A model generated the notes under the pieces. The model made no database searches. It had not been told where the DNA came from and saw only the letters and a list, made by a program, of their open reading frames with translations. Shown one piece after another: positions 61,605 through 64,000 of a DNA stretch of 64,000 nt. This DNA comes from Camelus ferus. Taxonomy: Eukaryota. The stretch covers positions 11,348,001 to 11,412,000 of the forward strand of contig NC_045698.1 in NCBI RefSeq assembly GCF_009834535.1, in the 5' to 3' direction. Position 1 is the stretch's first letter. Every line of letters begins with the position of its first letter. The translations under genes were made by a program, and so were the position numbers.

Positions 61605-63925
61605 CACCAGAAGTGGGGTTGCTGGATGGTGCGGTCATTCTGTTTTAATTTCTTGAGGAACTGCTGTACAGTTTTCCGTAGCGGCTGTACCAGTTACATC
61701 CACATTCACATCCTCACCAATGCTTGTTATCTCTTGTCTGTTTGATCACAGCCGTTCTAACAGGTGTGGGGTGGTAGTTCACTGCGGTTTTGATTTACAT
61801 TTCCCTACTCATTAGTGATGTTGAGCACCTTTTCATAGACTTTTTGGCTGTTTGTATGTCTTCTTCAGGAAAATGTCTGTTTGCATCCTTTGACCATTTT
61901 TTATTTTATTTATTTATTTATTTGTTTGTTTATAGCTGCTGAGTTGTATTAGTTTCTTGTATATTTTGAATATTAATTCCTTAGTGGATATGTGGCTTGC
62001 AGATGTGTTCTCCCATTCCACAGGTTGCCTTTTCACTTAGTGATGGTTTCCTTTGCTGTGCAGAAGCTTTTTAGTCTCACGTAGCCACACTCGTTTATCT
62101 TTGCTTTGACTGACTTTGCTTTTGGTGTCAATTCCAAGAACTCTTTACCAAGATCAATGTCTAGTAGCTTGCCACCTATGTTTTCCTCTAGGATTCTTAC
62201 GGTTTCAGGTGTTACATTCAAGTTTTAATCCATTTTGAGTCGATTATTGTGTATAGTCTAAGATAGGGGTGCAGTTTCATTCTTCTGTCTGTGAATACCC
62301 AGTTTTCCCAACACCATTTATTGAAGATACTGTCCTTTCCCCATTGAATATTCTTTGTACCCTTGTCAAATATTAGTTGATCATATCTGCAAGGGTTTAT
62401 TTCTGGACTCTCTATTCTGTTCCTTTGGTCTGTGTATCTAAATTTATGCCAATACCATACTGTTTTGATTCTTTTTTTTAAAATTAGACCAAATTTTTTT
62501 TTAATTGAAGTACAGTCAACTACAATGTGTCAAAATCTGGTTTACAGCACAATGTCCCAGTCTTGCATATACATACATATATTTGTTTTCGTATGTCTTT
62601 CCATTAAAGGTTATTACAGGATATTGAGCATAGTTCCCTGTGCTATACAAAACAAACTCTTTTTTTTTTAAATCTACTTTTATATATAGTGGCTAGCATT
62701 TGTAAATCTCAAACTTCCAAATTTATTCCTTCCCATCCTCTTTCCCCAATAACCATAAGATTGTTTACTACGTCTGAGAGTCTGTTTCCATTTTGTAGGT
62801 AAGTTCATAATGTCTTTTTTTTTTTTTTTTAGATTCCACATGTGAGTGATGTCATATGGTATTTTTCTTTCTCTTTCTGGCTTACTTCACTTAGAATGAC
62901 GTTCTCCAGGTCCATCCATGTTGCTGCAAATGGCATTATTTTATTCTTTTTATGGCAGAGTAATATTCCATCTGTCGATGGACATTTAGATTGCTTCCAT
63001 GTCCTAGCTATTGTATATAGTGCTGCTATGAACATTGGGGTGCATGTATCTTTTCACATTAGAGTTTCCTCTGGATGTTTACCCAGGAGTAGGATTGCTG
63101 GATCATACGGTAGTCTATTTTTAGTTTTTTTGAGGAATCTCTATACTGTTTTCCATAATGGTTGCACCAAACTACATTCCCACCAGCAGTATAGGAGTGT
63201 TCCCTTTTCTCCACAGCCTCTCCAGCATTTATAGTTTGTGGACATTTGAATGATGGCCATTTTGACTGGTGTGAGGTAACACCTTATTGTAGTTTTGATT
63301 TGCATTTCTCTGATAATTAGTGATATTGAGCATTTTTTCATCTGTCTATTGGCCATTTGTATATCTTCATTGGAGAAATGCTTGTTTAGGTCTTCTGCCC
63401 ATTTTTGGATTGGGTTGTTTTTTATCTTATTACTAAGTTGTATGAGCTGTTTGTATATTCTGGAAATTAAGCCTTTGTCAGTCGCATCATTTGCAAATAT
63501 TTTCTCCCATTCCGTAGGTTGTCACTTTGTTTTGCTTATGGTTTCCTTTGCTGTGCAAAAGCTTATGCGTTTAATTAGGTCCCATGTGTTTATTTCTACT
63601 CTTATTTCCATTTCCTGAGTAGATTGCTCTAGGAGAACGTGGCTAAGATTTATGTCAGAGAATGTTTTGCCTATGTTTTCTTGTAGGAGATTTATTGTGT
63701 CTTGTCTTATATTTAAATTTTTAAGCCATTTTGAGTTTATTTTTGTGTGTGGAGTGAGGGAGTGTTGTTTTGACTCTTATAGCTGCATAGTATAGTCTGA
63801 AATCAGGAAGTCTGATGCCTCCAGCTTTGTGCTGCTTTCTCAGAATTGCTTTGGCTGTTAGATTCTTCTCTTCATTGGTCCCATACAAATTTTAGGGTGT
63901 TTTTTTTTTTGTTTCTGTGAAAAGT
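61605..63925 (-). mobile_element. Older L1 ORF2 3' fragment (61605-62473 and 63766-63925) split by a younger L1
   Basis: Antisense ORF2 (ORF track 62033-62221, [12 protein letters not shown]...[10 protein letters not shown]). The sequence resumes colinearly after the nested insertion. Confidence 0.88.
62474..63765 (-). mobile_element. Young 5'-truncated L1 nested in the older L1
   Basis: TSD TGTTTTGA(T/C)TCTT (62461-62473, 63766-63778). ORF2 C-terminal remnants ([23 protein letters not shown]...; [15 protein letters not shown]...). 3'UTR is closely related to that at 58446-58930. Confidence 0.92.
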
Positions 63926-64000
63926 GGAGACAAAGCTCTGATGCCTGTGTCCACTAAAACCCTTACTCATCCAGACAGATAAGTCATTAAGTTTATGATG

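Noticed and set aside
62033..63618. ORFs resembling reverse-transcriptase/ORF2 C-terminus (also 20915-21735)
   Set aside because: These are fragmented, 5'-truncated L1 remnants and their antisense shadows, not host genes.
1..64000. CRISPR arrays, operons, rRNA, known microRNA hairpins
   Set aside because: The sequence is mammalian. I saw no repeat-spacer array or rRNA and recognised no known mature miRNA by eye; a miRBase/Rfam scan would be needed to exclude small RNAs.

Overview
Mammalian genomic DNA: AT-rich, CpG-depleted, and intronic or intergenic in character. Two short tRNA-derived SINEs of the GGGGAGGGTATAGCTCAG...GGGTTCAATCCCCAG type and the younger L1 3' ends suggest a camelid (alpaca, llama or camel); this is recognition from memory, not a database match. 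I recognise no protein-coding gene. The ORFs in the track that I checked are L1 ORF2 remnants, a transposase remnant or apparent chance ORFs. Much of the window is interspersed repeat: old and young L1, L2, MIR, MaLR/ERVL solo LTRs, hAT MITEs (MER63, MER58, MER20, MER5), Tigger MITEs and microsatellites. The main signals not explained by routine repeats are four. (1) A possible minus-strand spliced transcript with a TATA/E-box promoter at about 28.1 kb and a chain of GT-AG exon candidates down to about 8 kb, either a lncRNA or a micropeptide gene. (2) A MULE/MuDR-type DNA transposon with long inverted termini and a degraded transposase fragment at 36.8-37.6 kb. (3) Several well-preserved retrotransposition signatures: two twin-primed inverted L1s and a nested L1 with a possible short 3' transduction. 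(4) A consensus RFX X-box at 46.0 kb. Repeat subfamily names are by-eye assignments and boundaries of old repeats are approximate.
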